From: an uncultured Planctomycetales bacterium | GTDB lineage: Bacteria; Omnitrophota; Gorgyraeia; Zapsychrales; JANLHA01 | Length of the DNA: 64,000 nt | Direction: 5' to 3' | Assembly: GCA_964595465.1 (NCBI GenBank) | Contig: CAZQQI010000005.1 | Span: forward strand, 9,562 to 73,561 | Part shown: piece by piece, positions 17,350 to 26,022 of the stretch | Numbering within the stretch: the first letter of the stretch is position 1 | Layout: every line of letters starts with the position of its first letter | The notes under the pieces: model-generated | What the model was told of the DNA's origin: nothing | Databases searched by the model: none | What the model saw: the letters and a program-made list of their open reading frames with translations, nothing else | Made by a program: the position numbers and the translations under genes

Positions 17350-17466
17350 CCAGAGGTGATGACAATTCGCATTGCTCATGCAGCCTCGCTGCGCAGTTTT
17401 TTCTAAATAATATTTCGGTAAACTGTTTTGCTTCGGAACGCGCTTGCTGAATGAACATCACTCTGG
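17350..17466 (+). repeat. Copy A of a ~110-nt repeated structured element (candidate sRNA or REP/ERIC-like intergenic repeat)
   Basis: About 80% identical over ~105 nt to 25871-25981 in the same orientation. The conserved core is ACAATTCGCA.TGCTCA...CCTCGCTGCGCAG...TTTGCTTCGGAAC.GCGCTTGCTGAATG. The terminal stem CCAGAG(G)TGATG / CATCACTCTGG differs from copy B but stays complementary. Confidence 0.6.
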
Positions 17467-17503
17467 ATCCCTGTCATTGCGGCCTGTTATTCAGGCCGCT
17501 TTT

Positions 17504-18085
17504 TTATGGCTGGGTGAGTTCAGCAGAGGAAAGGGGGCTGTAGACCGCCCCATCGGCCGTGAGGGTGCTCTGATAAAAGACGACATATTTGACCGGCACC
17601 GTCAGCGGGGGGAGGGAAATGTCGTTGAGAACTGCTCGAACAGAGACGGACTCGGACGGTGTTTTGCAACGGCCCAGGGTCAGATGCGGGGCGAAGGGGC
17701 GCCGCTCTTTAGGGATACCGCCGCGGGCCAGTCCGTTATTCAGGGTGTTAAAGAGTTCATTCAGCGGATCTGATGACTGCGAGCTTCCCACCCAGAGGAC
17801 GCGGGCGTTGTCCGGTGACGGGAAAGCACCCAGCTTGTCAAAGGTTAGAGAAAGGGCGGGGAGGCCTTTCAGAATAACGGGGAGGTCCCGGCGGATTTGT
17901 TTGACACGCTTGGCTGAGCGGTCGCCGAGAAAACGCAGTGTCAGATGGATCGTGCCGGGTTTGACCGGACGGAAAAGGACGCCGCGCGAAAAAAGGGTCT
18001 GCTGAAATTCAGCAAGCGCTGTTTGAACGTCAGCGGGAAGAGGGACGGCGATAAAACAGCGGATCGTGTGATGACGGGTGCTCAT
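17504..18085 (-). CDS. thpR: RNA 2',3'-cyclic phosphodiesterase (2H phosphoesterase, LigT/ThpR)
   Basis: Two H-x-T-x motifs (IHLTLRFLG and PHLTLGR) are present in a 193-aa protein. Confidence 0.8.
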   Translation of the reverse strand: MSTRHHTIRCFIAVPLPADVQTALAEFQQTLFSRGVLFRPVKPGTIHLTLRFLGDRSAKRVKQIRRDLPVILKGLPALSLTFDKLGAFPSPDNARVLWVGSSQSSDPLNELFNTLNNGLARGGIPKERRPFAPHLTLGRCKTPSESVSVRAVLNDISLPPLTVPVKYVVFYQSTLTADGAVYSPLSSAELTQP

Positions 18086-18088
18086 GGG

Positions 18089-18553
18089 TCAGACCAGAAA
18101 TTCCAGCAGGGCTTCCAGGGTATATTCTGTGGCCTGGCGGCGGATCTGTTCCCGGGTGCCTTTAAATTCAAAATGCAGGCAGAATGTCTCGAGTTCGGTA
18201 TTGAACGCGACGAATACGGTGCCAATGGGTTTATGTTTGCTCCCCCCGGTGGGACCGGCGATGCCGGTAATGCCGATGCCGTAATGAGAATTGTGGATTT
18301 CGCGGACCCGGCGGGCCATAGCCACGGCCACGTCTTCGGACACCGCGCCTTTTCGATTGATAATATCTTCGGGCACACCCAGGACACGGGATTTGGCCGC
18401 GTTGCTGTAGGTCACCACCCCGCCGGCGAAGATCTGGGATGAGCCTGAGACATCGGTAATCCGTTCAGCCAGCATGCCGCCGGTGCAGGATTCAGCGGTA
18501 GCTAAGGTCAGTTTTTTCTGGCAGAATGTTTCTAAGAGGATTTTTTCAATCAT
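18089..18553 (-). CDS. pncC: CinA C-terminal domain protein (NMN amidohydrolase PncC-like)
   Basis: 154 aa with the CinA C-terminal domain signature ...LATAESCTGG.LA...T.V.GSS...GG.V.YSN..K...LGV. Confidence 0.8.
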   Translation of the reverse strand: MIEKILLETFCQKKLTLATAESCTGGMLAERITDVSGSSQIFAGGVVTYSNAAKSRVLGVPEDIINRKGAVSEDVAVAMARRVREIHNSHYGIGITGIAGPTGGSKHKPIGTVFVAFNTELETFCLHFEFKGTREQIRRQATEYTLEALLEFLV

Positions 18554-18674
18554 AGTAATGACATTATAACGGAAAACGTCTGCTGTGTGAAGCGGTTGCT
18601 TGATGCGCTGTCCCGGCCGGTCTGCGCTTTCAGCCTGCTGGTTTTGTTTAAGCAGACTTTACTCATTGCGGCGC

Positions 18675-18703
18675 TTGACTTTTTGGTCCTGATAATCTAT
18701 ATT
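18675..18703 (+). promoter_or_regulatory. rib operon promoter TTGACT-17-TATATT
   Basis: TTGACT at 18675-18680, a 17-bp spacer and TATATT at 18698-18703 are read directly. The TSS is about 18710, immediately before the riboswitch. Confidence 0.55.
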
Positions 18704-18711
18704 AATGAACA

Positions 18712-18860
18712 ATACTTTCGGGATCGGGTGCAATTCCCGGCTGGTAGTGACCCGGGGTCCATAAGATCCAGGGAAGCCTGCGAGCCTCTCCGGTATACGG
18801 CGGGGCTGATCAAGTGAAAATCTTGAGCCAATAGTGAGAGCCTAGATGGGAGAAAGTAGC
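18712..18860 (+). promoter_or_regulatory. FMN riboswitch (RFN element) aptamer
   Basis: The region matches the RFN consensus: CTTTCGGGATCGGGTGCAATTCCCGGCTGGTAGTGACCCGGGG...AGCC...GATGGGAGAAAG aligns with the B. subtilis/E. coli TTCGGGGCAGGGTGAAATTCCCGACCGGCGGTAGTAAAGC...GATGGGAGAAG. It lies upstream of ribBA. Confidence 0.9.
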
Positions 18861-18913
18861 CGACAAAATGTTTAACCGTGTCCGCGCTGTGGCGGACCGG
18901 GTCTGGCTAGAGT

Positions 18914-18948
18914 CTTCTCCTCCGAAAGTGTGTCGGAGGATTTTTTTT
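18914..18948 (+). terminator. Riboswitch expression-platform terminator (TCCTCCGA-AAGTGTG-TCGGAGGA followed by T8)
   Basis: An 8-bp stem plus TTTTTTTT is read directly, 44 nt upstream of the ribBA ATG. Confidence 0.8.
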
Positions 18949-18991
18949 GGATCAAACCAGCTATTAACAGTAACGAAAAAGAGAGACCAAC

Positions 18992-20209
18992 ATGTTCAGT
19001 CCCATCGAAGAGATTCTGGAAGAGTTGAAACAAGGCCGCATGATCGTTGTTATGGATGACGAAGGCCGTGAGAATGAAGGCGACCTGCTGATCGCTGCCG
19101 AACACGTCACACCTGATTCTATCAATTTTATGGCCCGTTACGCGCGGGGCTTGATCTGTGTGCCGATGGAGGCTGACCGCCTGAATGATCTGGGACTGCA
19201 TCCCATGAAAGATAACATTTTAAGTCATCAGCAGCATTGCATGAGCAACACCGGCTGGGCGATCTCTGTGGATGCGGCAAAAGGCATTACCACCGGCATC
19301 TCTGCGTATGACCGGTATTATACCGTTAAGGTCCTGATCGACGAAAAGACCCGTCCGAGTGATCTGGAAACCCCGGGACATCTGTTTCCTTTACAGGCCC
19401 GCCGCGGCGGAACTCTGGTCCGTGCGGGACATACCGAGGCTTCGGTCGATCTGATGAAGGCCGCCGGGTTATATCCCGCCGGTGTGATCTGTGAGATTAT
19501 GAATGACGACGGAACGATGGCGCGTACCGATGATGTTCAGACATTCGCCAAGACCCATAATCTTAAGATCTGTTCAATCGCCTCGCTGATCGAATACCGC
19601 CGTAAGAACGAGCATATGGTCCGCCGGGTGGTTGAAGTCAATATCCCGACCGAGTTCGGGGATTTCACCATGCTCGGTTATGAGACCAATCTCGATGACA
19701 TGATTCATCTGGCCCTGGTCAAGGGCGATGTTGATACCACGGTTCCGGAATTGGTCCGTGTTCAGTCCGAATGTCTGACCGGTGATGTGTTCGGGTCTCT
19801 GCGCTGTGACTGCCGGCATCAGCTTGAAGCTTCAATGAAGACGATCAGTGACGAAGGCCGTGGAGTTCTGCTGTACATGCGTCAGGAAGGCCGGGGGATC
19901 GGTCTGTTGAACAAGCTTAAGGCCTACACCCTGCAGGATGACGGCATGGACACCGTTGAGGCCAATGAGGCTTTAGGATTCGGCGCGGATTTAAGAGATT
20001 ACGGCATCGGCGCGCAGATTTTGGCGGATCTCGGCGTCAAGCAGATCCGTTTGCTGACCAATAATCCGCGCAAGATCGTAGGCCTGGAGGGTTACGGCCT
20101 GGAGATTTCCGAGAGGGTTCCTCTGCATGTTGAACCGACCACGCATAATCAGAACTACCTGCAGACCAAGAAAGAAAAACTGGGCCATCTGCTGGATTTT
20201 TTAAAATAA
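18992..20209 (+). CDS. ribBA: Bifunctional 3,4-dihydroxy-2-butanone-4-phosphate synthase / GTP cyclohydrolase II
   Basis: 405 aa with an N-terminal DHBP synthase domain (RENEGDL) and a C-terminal GTP cyclohydrolase II domain carrying the zinc cysteines CLTGD...C.C. Confidence 0.95.
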   Translation: MFSPIEEILEELKQGRMIVVMDDEGRENEGDLLIAAEHVTPDSINFMARYARGLICVPMEADRLNDLGLHPMKDNILSHQQHCMSNTGWAISVDAAKGITTGISAYDRYYTVKVLIDEKTRPSDLETPGHLFPLQARRGGTLVRAGHTEASVDLMKAAGLYPAGVICEIMNDDGTMARTDDVQTFAKTHNLKICSIASLIEYRRKNEHMVRRVVEVNIPTEFGDFTMLGYETNLDDMIHLALVKGDVDTTVPELVRVQSECLTGDVFGSLRCDCRHQLEASMKTISDEGRGVLLYMRQEGRGIGLLNKLKAYTLQDDGMDTVEANEALGFGADLRDYGIGAQILADLGVKQIRLLTNNPRKIVGLEGYGLEISERVPLHVEPTTHNQNYLQTKKEKLGHLLDFLK

Positions 20210-20227
20210 ATTTGTTTGGAGACGGTT

Positions 20228-20683
20228 ATGGTCAAGCAGCAGACAACAGGGCAGTCCGCGGGCACCTACGTGATCGCGGTCTCCCGGTTTAATGAGTTTA
20301 TTACCCGCCGCCTGCTCGACGGCTGTGTGGCGGAGCTGAGCAAAAAACGGATTCCCAAAAAAAATATTAAAGTGGTCTGGGTCCCCGGCGCCTTTGAACT
20401 GCCGCAGACGGCTCAGCACTGGGCGCGCAAGCGTTCGGTCGCTGCGGTGATCGCCATCGGCTGTGTGATTCGGGGAGAGACCTATCATTTTGAACTTGTC
20501 GCCGAAAACACGGCGCGCGGATTGATGCGTGTCGGCCTGGATACCCGCAAGCCGGTCATTTTCGGCGTGATCACCACCGAGACCGTGGAGCAGGCCTACA
20601 AGCGTTCTGGAGACGGGGACGAACATAAGGGGCAGGAGGCAGCCCAGGCGGCGCTGGACATGGTCCGCGTCCTTAGCGCTTAG
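20228..20683 (+). CDS. ribH: 6,7-dimethyl-8-ribityllumazine synthase
   Basis: Collinear with E. coli RibH (...ARFNEFI...VWVPGAFELP...). The start was moved to ATG 20228 and has a GGAGACGG SD. Confidence 0.9.
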   Translation: MVKQQTTGQSAGTYVIAVSRFNEFITRRLLDGCVAELSKKRIPKKNIKVVWVPGAFELPQTAQHWARKRSVAAVIAIGCVIRGETYHFELVAENTARGLMRVGLDTRKPVIFGVITTETVEQAYKRSGDGDEHKGQEAAQAALDMVRVLSA

Positions 20684-20705
20684 CAAATTATCAGGAGACT
20701 CGATC

Positions 20706-21125
20706 ATGCGTAAACGTACACTTGCCCGGGAATATTCTCTGCACGTCTTGTATCAGCAGGACATTACCCGCATGGAGATTCAGATTCTGTTGGATCAGCT
20801 GTGGGAGAGAGAGGATGGCGGAGACACGGAAATTACCGAGTTCACCCGGCGTCTTGTCCTGGGTGTTCAGCAGAATGTGGCGTCGCTTGATGAAAAGATC
20901 TCTCAATATGCCACCAACTGGCAGTTAAAGCGTATGGCGATCATTGACCGCAATATTCTGCGTCTGGGTCTGTACGAACTGCTGTACGCCGAAGATATCC
21001 CACCCAAAGTTTCGATCAATGAAGCCGTTGAACTGGCCAAAAAATTCGGCGACCTGGAATCCAGTAAATTCGTCAACGGCATTCTCGATAAAATTCATAA
21101 GACCGAGATCGCGCAGTCATCGTGA
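20706..21125 (+). CDS. nusB: Transcription antitermination factor NusB
   Basis: 139 aa with NusB family features and the typical ribH-nusB linkage. Confidence 0.85.
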   Translation: MRKRTLAREYSLHVLYQQDITRMEIQILLDQLWEREDGGDTEITEFTRRLVLGVQQNVASLDEKISQYATNWQLKRMAIIDRNILRLGLYELLYAEDIPPKVSINEAVELAKKFGDLESSKFVNGILDKIHKTEIAQSS

Positions 21126-21973
21126 TTCAGCAACGCACCGCGGACCTTCATATTCATTCTTGTTTTTCGGACGGCACGGACACGCCTGAAGAGATTGTGG
21201 CCCTGGCCGCGGCCAAACAGCTGTCCGCTGTTGCCATTACGGATCATGATGCCATCGAAGGCCTCTCCGAGGCGAAGGCCGCCGGTGAGCGTCATCAGGT
21301 GGAGGTCCTGGCCGGGATCGAACTTTCCGCAGAAGCTCAAAAGCGTGAGATCCATATTCTGGGCTACGCTTTTGATCCGCAAAACCAGCAACTGCTGGGG
21401 CACCTTAACCGTTTCCGTGAGATCCGTCGGGAGCGGGGGCGGGAGATGATCAAGAAATTACGCGCCCTGGGATTAAGCCGGCTGGACTTTGACGAAATGG
21501 AACAGCAGCTCGGCGCGGATCAGGCCTTAGGCCGGCCGCATGTCGCGGCCATGCTGGTGGAAAAAGGATATGTCAAGACTACGGCTGAGGCCTTTGAACG
21601 TTTTATCGGAGAAGGCGGCGAAGGGTATGTTCCGAAATTCAAACAGTCGCCGCGGGAGGCCATCCGCGTGATCCGGGATGCCGGCGGGGTCGCGGTCATG
21701 GCCCATCCGATCGTGACCGCGCGGGATGAACTCATTCCGGGATTTGCCGCAGACGGACTGCAGGGGCTGGAGGTCTATTACCCGCGCAGTTCTCCGGCGG
21801 TGATCCGCTATTATGAACAGCTGGCGGACAAGTATGATCTGATCAGGACCGGCGGGTCCGATGCTCATGGCCGTTTTCGTAAGTACAGTCCCATCGGTAT
21901 GGTTCGTGTGGATTATCAGGCCGTGGAGCAGATCAAGCAGGCAGCGGAATACTCCGGCAGGAGGGAGTTATGA
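21122..21973 (+). CDS. PHP-domain metal-dependent phosphoesterase (TrpH/YciV-like), GTG start overlapping the nusB stop
   Basis: The PHP motif LHIHSCFSDGTDTPEEIV...AITDHD is present. The gene is embedded between nusB and ribD with 4-nt overlaps on both sides, so it is translationally coupled within the rib operon. Confidence 0.8.
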   Translation: MIQQRTADLHIHSCFSDGTDTPEEIVALAAAKQLSAVAITDHDAIEGLSEAKAAGERHQVEVLAGIELSAEAQKREIHILGYAFDPQNQQLLGHLNRFREIRRERGREMIKKLRALGLSRLDFDEMEQQLGADQALGRPHVAAMLVEKGYVKTTAEAFERFIGEGGEGYVPKFKQSPREAIRVIRDAGGVAVMAHPIVTARDELIPGFAADGLQGLEVYYPRSSPAVIRYYEQLADKYDLIRTGGSDAHGRFRKYSPIGMVRVDYQAVEQIKQAAEYSGRREL

Positions 21974-23088
21974 GTCGGGAGCAAGATATTCATTACATGC
22001 AGAGGGCCCTGCAATTAGCGCAAAAAGGCCGGGGTCTAACGTCGCCCAATCCCATGGTCGGCTGTGTGATCGTGAACGATCACCGTATTATTGCCGAGGG
22101 CTGGCATCGCCGCTGCGGCGGGGCGCATGCCGAGGCGGCCGCCCTCGAACTGGCCAAAGACGCCGCCCGCAATGCCGTAATGTACGTGACCCTGGAGCCC
22201 TGCTGTCATGAAGGCCGGACCCCGCCGTGTGTTGACCGGGTGATCGCAAGCGGTGTGCGCCGGGTCGTATTGGGGTCCTGGGATCCGAACCCGCTTATCT
22301 CCGGGCGCTCCATCCGCAAACTGCGCCGCGCCGGGATCACTGTGACCACCGGCGTTCTGCGCGGTCAGGCACAGGCCCTTAATACTGCGTTTAACAAATA
22401 TATTGTGACCCGGACGCCTTACGTCACGATCAAGTGCGCCCAGAGCCTCGACGGCAAGATCGCCACAGCCTCAGGTCATTCCCAATGGATTACCAGTCAG
22501 TCCATGCGCCGGGAGACCCGCCGGATGCGCGCGCGTTATGACGCCATCCTGGTCGGAGTCAATACTGTGATCAAAGATGATCCGGTCTTGAACCCTGTTC
22601 CCCGCAAGACGCCCTGGACCAAGGTCGTCGTCGACAGCCGTCTGCGGATCAGCCCGCGGGCGAAGATCTTTCAGAATTCGCGCGTCATCGTGGCGGCCGT
22701 TAAAGGCGTGTCAGCACGGAAGATCCGCCGTGTTGAGCGCGCGGGCGCAGAAGTTGTTCTGACACCGGTGCGGCGTAACCGGGTGGATCTAAAATGGCTG
22801 ATGCGCTATCTGGGTGAGCGTGAGATCACTGATCTGCTGATCGAAGGCGGCGGCCAGGTCATCGGCAGTGCCCTGCGTGATCGCGTTGTCGATGAGGCAA
22901 TGTTTGTGATCGCTCCCAAGATCATCGGGGAGGCCTCGGCCCTGGACCCGGTCGTGGGCCTGCGCACTGCTGACGTCAACCGCACGATCACCCTAGCAAC
23001 GAAAAATATTATTTCGCGAGGCGGGGATATTCTGATATCCGGAATGATACGCTACGCCAAAGATAAGGACATGAAGGAAAGGAGCTGA
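21970..23088 (+). CDS. ribD: Bifunctional diaminohydroxyphosphoribosylaminopyrimidine deaminase / 5-amino-6-(5-phosphoribosylamino)uracil reductase
   Basis: An N-terminal CMP/dCMP-type deaminase zinc motif (HAE...PCxxC-like: HAEAAAL...LEPCCH) and a C-terminal reductase domain are present. Confidence 0.9.
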   Translation: MSREQDIHYMQRALQLAQKGRGLTSPNPMVGCVIVNDHRIIAEGWHRRCGGAHAEAAALELAKDAARNAVMYVTLEPCCHEGRTPPCVDRVIASGVRRVVLGSWDPNPLISGRSIRKLRRAGITVTTGVLRGQAQALNTAFNKYIVTRTPYVTIKCAQSLDGKIATASGHSQWITSQSMRRETRRMRARYDAILVGVNTVIKDDPVLNPVPRKTPWTKVVVDSRLRISPRAKIFQNSRVIVAAVKGVSARKIRRVERAGAEVVLTPVRRNRVDLKWLMRYLGEREITDLLIEGGGQVIGSALRDRVVDEAMFVIAPKIIGEASALDPVVGLRTADVNRTITLATKNIISRGGDILISGMIRYAKDKDMKERS

Positions 23089-23089
23089 A

Positions 23090-23692
23090 ATGTTTTCAGG
23101 AATTGTTGAAGAGGTGGGGACGGTCAAGGCTATCGACCGCAAAAAGAATCTGATCACTATGGATATCAAAGCTGACCGTGTCCTGCGCGGGGCCAAGCTC
23201 GGTGACAGCATTTCGGTCAACGGCGTGTGCCTGACCATTACGCGTTTGAATAAAAGGGTGGCCCGTTTTGACCTGATGAAAGAGACCCTGGACTCCACCA
23301 CTCTGGGCTGTGTTAAGTCCGGTTCGGCCGTCAACCTCGAACGCGCGCTCAAGGTCAGCGACCGCATCGGCGGCCATTTTGTCTCCGGGCATGTTGACGG
23401 TATGGGGGTGCTCAAGAAAAAGGTCACCATGGAGAATTATGTGGAGTGGCAGATCGCGGCTGACCGCAAAATTTTAAAATATCTTGCTCCCAAGGCCTCT
23501 GTCACCGTCGACGGTGTCAGCCTGACCATCGGGTGGGTCAAGAAGTCGCGCAAGCTGTTCTCGATTTACTTGATCCCGCATACCCTGGAGGTCACTACCT
23601 TCGGCCGTAAGCGCGTCAATCAGAAATTGAATCTGGAAACGGACATTTTGGCCAAATATATTATCCACGCGCGGGATTATTCTGAGGTCTAA
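23090..23692 (+). CDS. ribE: Riboflavin synthase alpha chain
   Basis: Tandem lumazine-binding repeats (MFSGIVEEVG...GDSISVNGVCLT ... VSLTIG), 200 aa. Confidence 0.9.
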   Translation: MFSGIVEEVGTVKAIDRKKNLITMDIKADRVLRGAKLGDSISVNGVCLTITRLNKRVARFDLMKETLDSTTLGCVKSGSAVNLERALKVSDRIGGHFVSGHVDGMGVLKKKVTMENYVEWQIAADRKILKYLAPKASVTVDGVSLTIGWVKKSRKLFSIYLIPHTLEVTTFGRKRVNQKLNLETDILAKYIIHARDYSEV

Positions 23693-23706
23693 AGTTCGGA
23701 TAAAGC

Positions 23707-23735
23707 TTGGTCAGGGGTAAGATTTTCTTTATAAT
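23707..23735 (+). promoter_or_regulatory. Promoter TTGGTC-17-TATAAT upstream of the KS-like/fabG/fabZ2 operon
   Basis: TTGGTC at 23707-23712, a 17-bp spacer and TATAAT at 23730-23735 are read directly. Confidence 0.5.
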
Positions 23736-23805
23736 ACAGGAAGTAAAATCCTGCGTTAGAATTGAGATTTGTGTTTCGGACCGTGTGTCGATTTAAAGGA
23801 ATATT

Positions 23806-25041
23806 ATGAATAAGCGCATCGCTATCACAGGGTTAGGGGTCCTCGCCGGCAACGGCAAGGGCCGGGAAGAGTTTTGGCAAAGCCTGAAAGACGGGCGGCC
23901 GGGCTACCGTCCCATTACCTTGTTCGAAACCGACGAATTCAACGTCAATATCGCCGGAGAGATCCCGGAATTCGATGCCAAGGAATACATGGGCAAGAAG
24001 GGTCTGCGGACTCTGGACCGCAGTACCCGCATTCTGGTTTCAGCCAGTAAGCTGGCCATGGCCGAAAGCGGATACGGGATCACCGAAGAGAATACGGAAA
24101 TGACCGGCGTTTCGGTCGGCACCACCCTGGGCAGCCTCAAGAGCATTGCCGAATTCGACGAGATCACCCTGCGTGAAGGCCCGCGCTATGTTAACCCGTC
24201 TCATTTTCCTAATACCGTGATCAATTCTCCGGCCAGCCAGGTATCAATCTGGAATGATATCAAAGGTTTCTGCAATACCCTGGCCAGCGGGTTTACCACC
24301 AGCATTGACGCCATGCAGTACGCCGCGGATTTCATCGAATGGGACCGCGCCGAAATGGTCCTGGCCGGCGGGGTTGAGGAGCTCTGTCTGCAGACCTTTT
24401 ACGGGTTTCATGCCCTGCAGTTTATCTCCGGCTCTATAAATGGGGACGAGTTTATCAATTGCCCGTTCGACCGCCGGCGCAACGGCGTCACCTTCGGCGA
24501 AGGCGCCATGCTGATGGTCATGGAGGATTTTCAAAACGCGCGGGACCGCGGTGCCGACATCATGGCCGAGGTCGGCGGGTTCGGTTATGAATTCGACCCT
24601 TACCGTCTGCATAAATACAACCCCAAAGGCACCGGGATGAAGAACGCCATGCGCAAGGCCCTGGACGCAGCCGGGCTGACCATTGCAGACATTGACTGCA
24701 TTTTTGCTAACGCCAATTCCGCGCAAAACGCAGACCGCATTGAGGCGGCCGCGATTAAAGAGGTGTTCGGCGCTCAGGCAAAAAACGTTCCGGTGACAGC
24801 TACCAAATCTATGACCGGCGAATGCTACAGTGTCTCCGGGGCGTTGGCCGTGGCAGCGGCCCTGGGTGCGGTCCGGGAGGGGTTTATCCCTCCGACGATC
24901 AATTATCAGGAGCCGGACCCGGACTGCGATCTGAATATTATCGCCGACACAGTCAGTGATGCGGATTTAAAGAATGTTTTGATCAACAATTTTTCCCCCA
25001 GCGGGGCGAATGCCTGCATGGTCCTGCGGGCGGTTTCATAA
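23806..25041 (+). CDS. Beta-ketoacyl-ACP synthase (FabF/FabB) homologue with all three catalytic residues substituted; likely non-catalytic
   Basis: 411 aa, collinear with E. coli FabF over its full length. An ungapped alignment of the active-site segment places Phe where the nucleophilic Cys163 sits (KGFCNTLASGFTTS vs RGPSISIATACTSG). HGTST becomes ANANSA (His303 to Asn) and KSMTGH becomes KSMTGE (His340 to Glu). Lys335 is retained. Confidence 0.75.
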   Translation: MNKRIAITGLGVLAGNGKGREEFWQSLKDGRPGYRPITLFETDEFNVNIAGEIPEFDAKEYMGKKGLRTLDRSTRILVSASKLAMAESGYGITEENTEMTGVSVGTTLGSLKSIAEFDEITLREGPRYVNPSHFPNTVINSPASQVSIWNDIKGFCNTLASGFTTSIDAMQYAADFIEWDRAEMVLAGGVEELCLQTFYGFHALQFISGSINGDEFINCPFDRRRNGVTFGEGAMLMVMEDFQNARDRGADIMAEVGGFGYEFDPYRLHKYNPKGTGMKNAMRKALDAAGLTIADIDCIFANANSAQNADRIEAAAIKEVFGAQAKNVPVTATKSMTGECYSVSGALAVAAALGAVREGFIPPTINYQEPDPDCDLNIIADTVSDADLKNVLINNFSPSGANACMVLRAVS

Positions 25042-25089
25042 GTCGGGACAGACCCTGCTTATCTTCCACGGATTTTAAGGAGCAGTGTT

Positions 25090-25839
25090 ATGGCTGAATT
25101 CGAAGGAAAAGTTGCTTTAGTCACCGGAGGCTCGCGCGGTATCGGCAAGGCCATTGTGCGGATGCTTGCCCGGCAAGGCGCGTCCGTCGCGTTCAATTAT
25201 GTCCGCAGTCAGGGGCCGGCAGAAGAATTAGCCGCTGAGATCCGGGACAGCGGCGGGACGTGTTTGGTCCATCAGGTAGACGTGCAGGATTTCGACGCGG
25301 TCAAGGCCTGGACCGGCGAGGTCCAGCAGGAACTCGGCGGCCTGGATTTTGTCGTCAATAACGCCGGGATCACGGCCGACCGGCCGCTGATGATGATGAC
25401 TCCGGACGATTGGCATCGTGTGATCAATACCAATCTGACCGGCATGTTCCACACCACCCGCGCCTGTATCGTGCCTCTGCTCAAACAAAAGAGGGGGAAC
25501 GTGGTCAATATCTCTTCGGTCAGCGGTGTTATCGGCCTGCCGGGGCAGACCAATTATTCCGCGGCCAAAGGCGGCATGAACGCGTTCACCAAGGCCCTGG
25601 CACGGGAGACCGCGGCTTACGGCCTGCATGTCAACGCGGTCGCGCCCGGTTTTATCGAAACCGACATGATCCGCGACATGGACGAGGCCGCCCGGGAGAA
25701 GATCCTCAGCGAGATCCCTTTGTCGCGCCTGGGGTCGGCTGATGAGGTCGCCTCCTCTGTGCGTTTCCTCTTAAGTGAAGAATCGCATTACATTACCGGC
25801 CAGGTCCTGCAGATCGACGGCGGCCTGGCGATCCGTTAA
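25090..25839 (+). CDS. fabG: 3-oxoacyl-ACP reductase FabG (SDR family)
   Basis: The TGGSRGIG Rossmann motif, the catalytic YSAAKGG (YxxxK) and the NNAGI motif are present. Confidence 0.9.
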   Translation: MAEFEGKVALVTGGSRGIGKAIVRMLARQGASVAFNYVRSQGPAEELAAEIRDSGGTCLVHQVDVQDFDAVKAWTGEVQQELGGLDFVVNNAGITADRPLMMMTPDDWHRVINTNLTGMFHTTRACIVPLLKQKRGNVVNISSVSGVIGLPGQTNYSAAKGGMNAFTKALARETAAYGLHVNAVAPGFIETDMIRDMDEAAREKILSEIPLSRLGSADEVASSVRFLLSEESHYITGQVLQIDGGLAIR

Positions 25840-25870
25840 ATGAATAGTCAATCGAAAGATTTTTTTTATG

Positions 25871-25981
25871 AAGGGAGAACAATTCGCAATGCTCAGACAA
25901 CCTCGCTGCGCAGCTTATCTTAATAAACGATTTTTGTAACCTGCTTTGCTTCGGAACTGCGCTTGCTGAATGGTTCTCCTC
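25871..25981 (+). repeat. Copy B of the ~110-nt repeated structured element, in the fabG-fabZ2 intergenic region
   Basis: See copy A. The terminal stem GGGAGAAC / GTTCTCC replaces the GTGATG / CATCAC of copy A, a compensatory change. A conserved mini-ORF ML.QPRCA.. runs across the core. The ORF-track extension 25963-26022 of fabZ2 overlaps this element and is probably an artefact. Confidence 0.6.
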
Positions 25982-26022
25982 TCATTTCAACTTTAAACGA
26001 ATATTTATCCGTGAATGATCCG

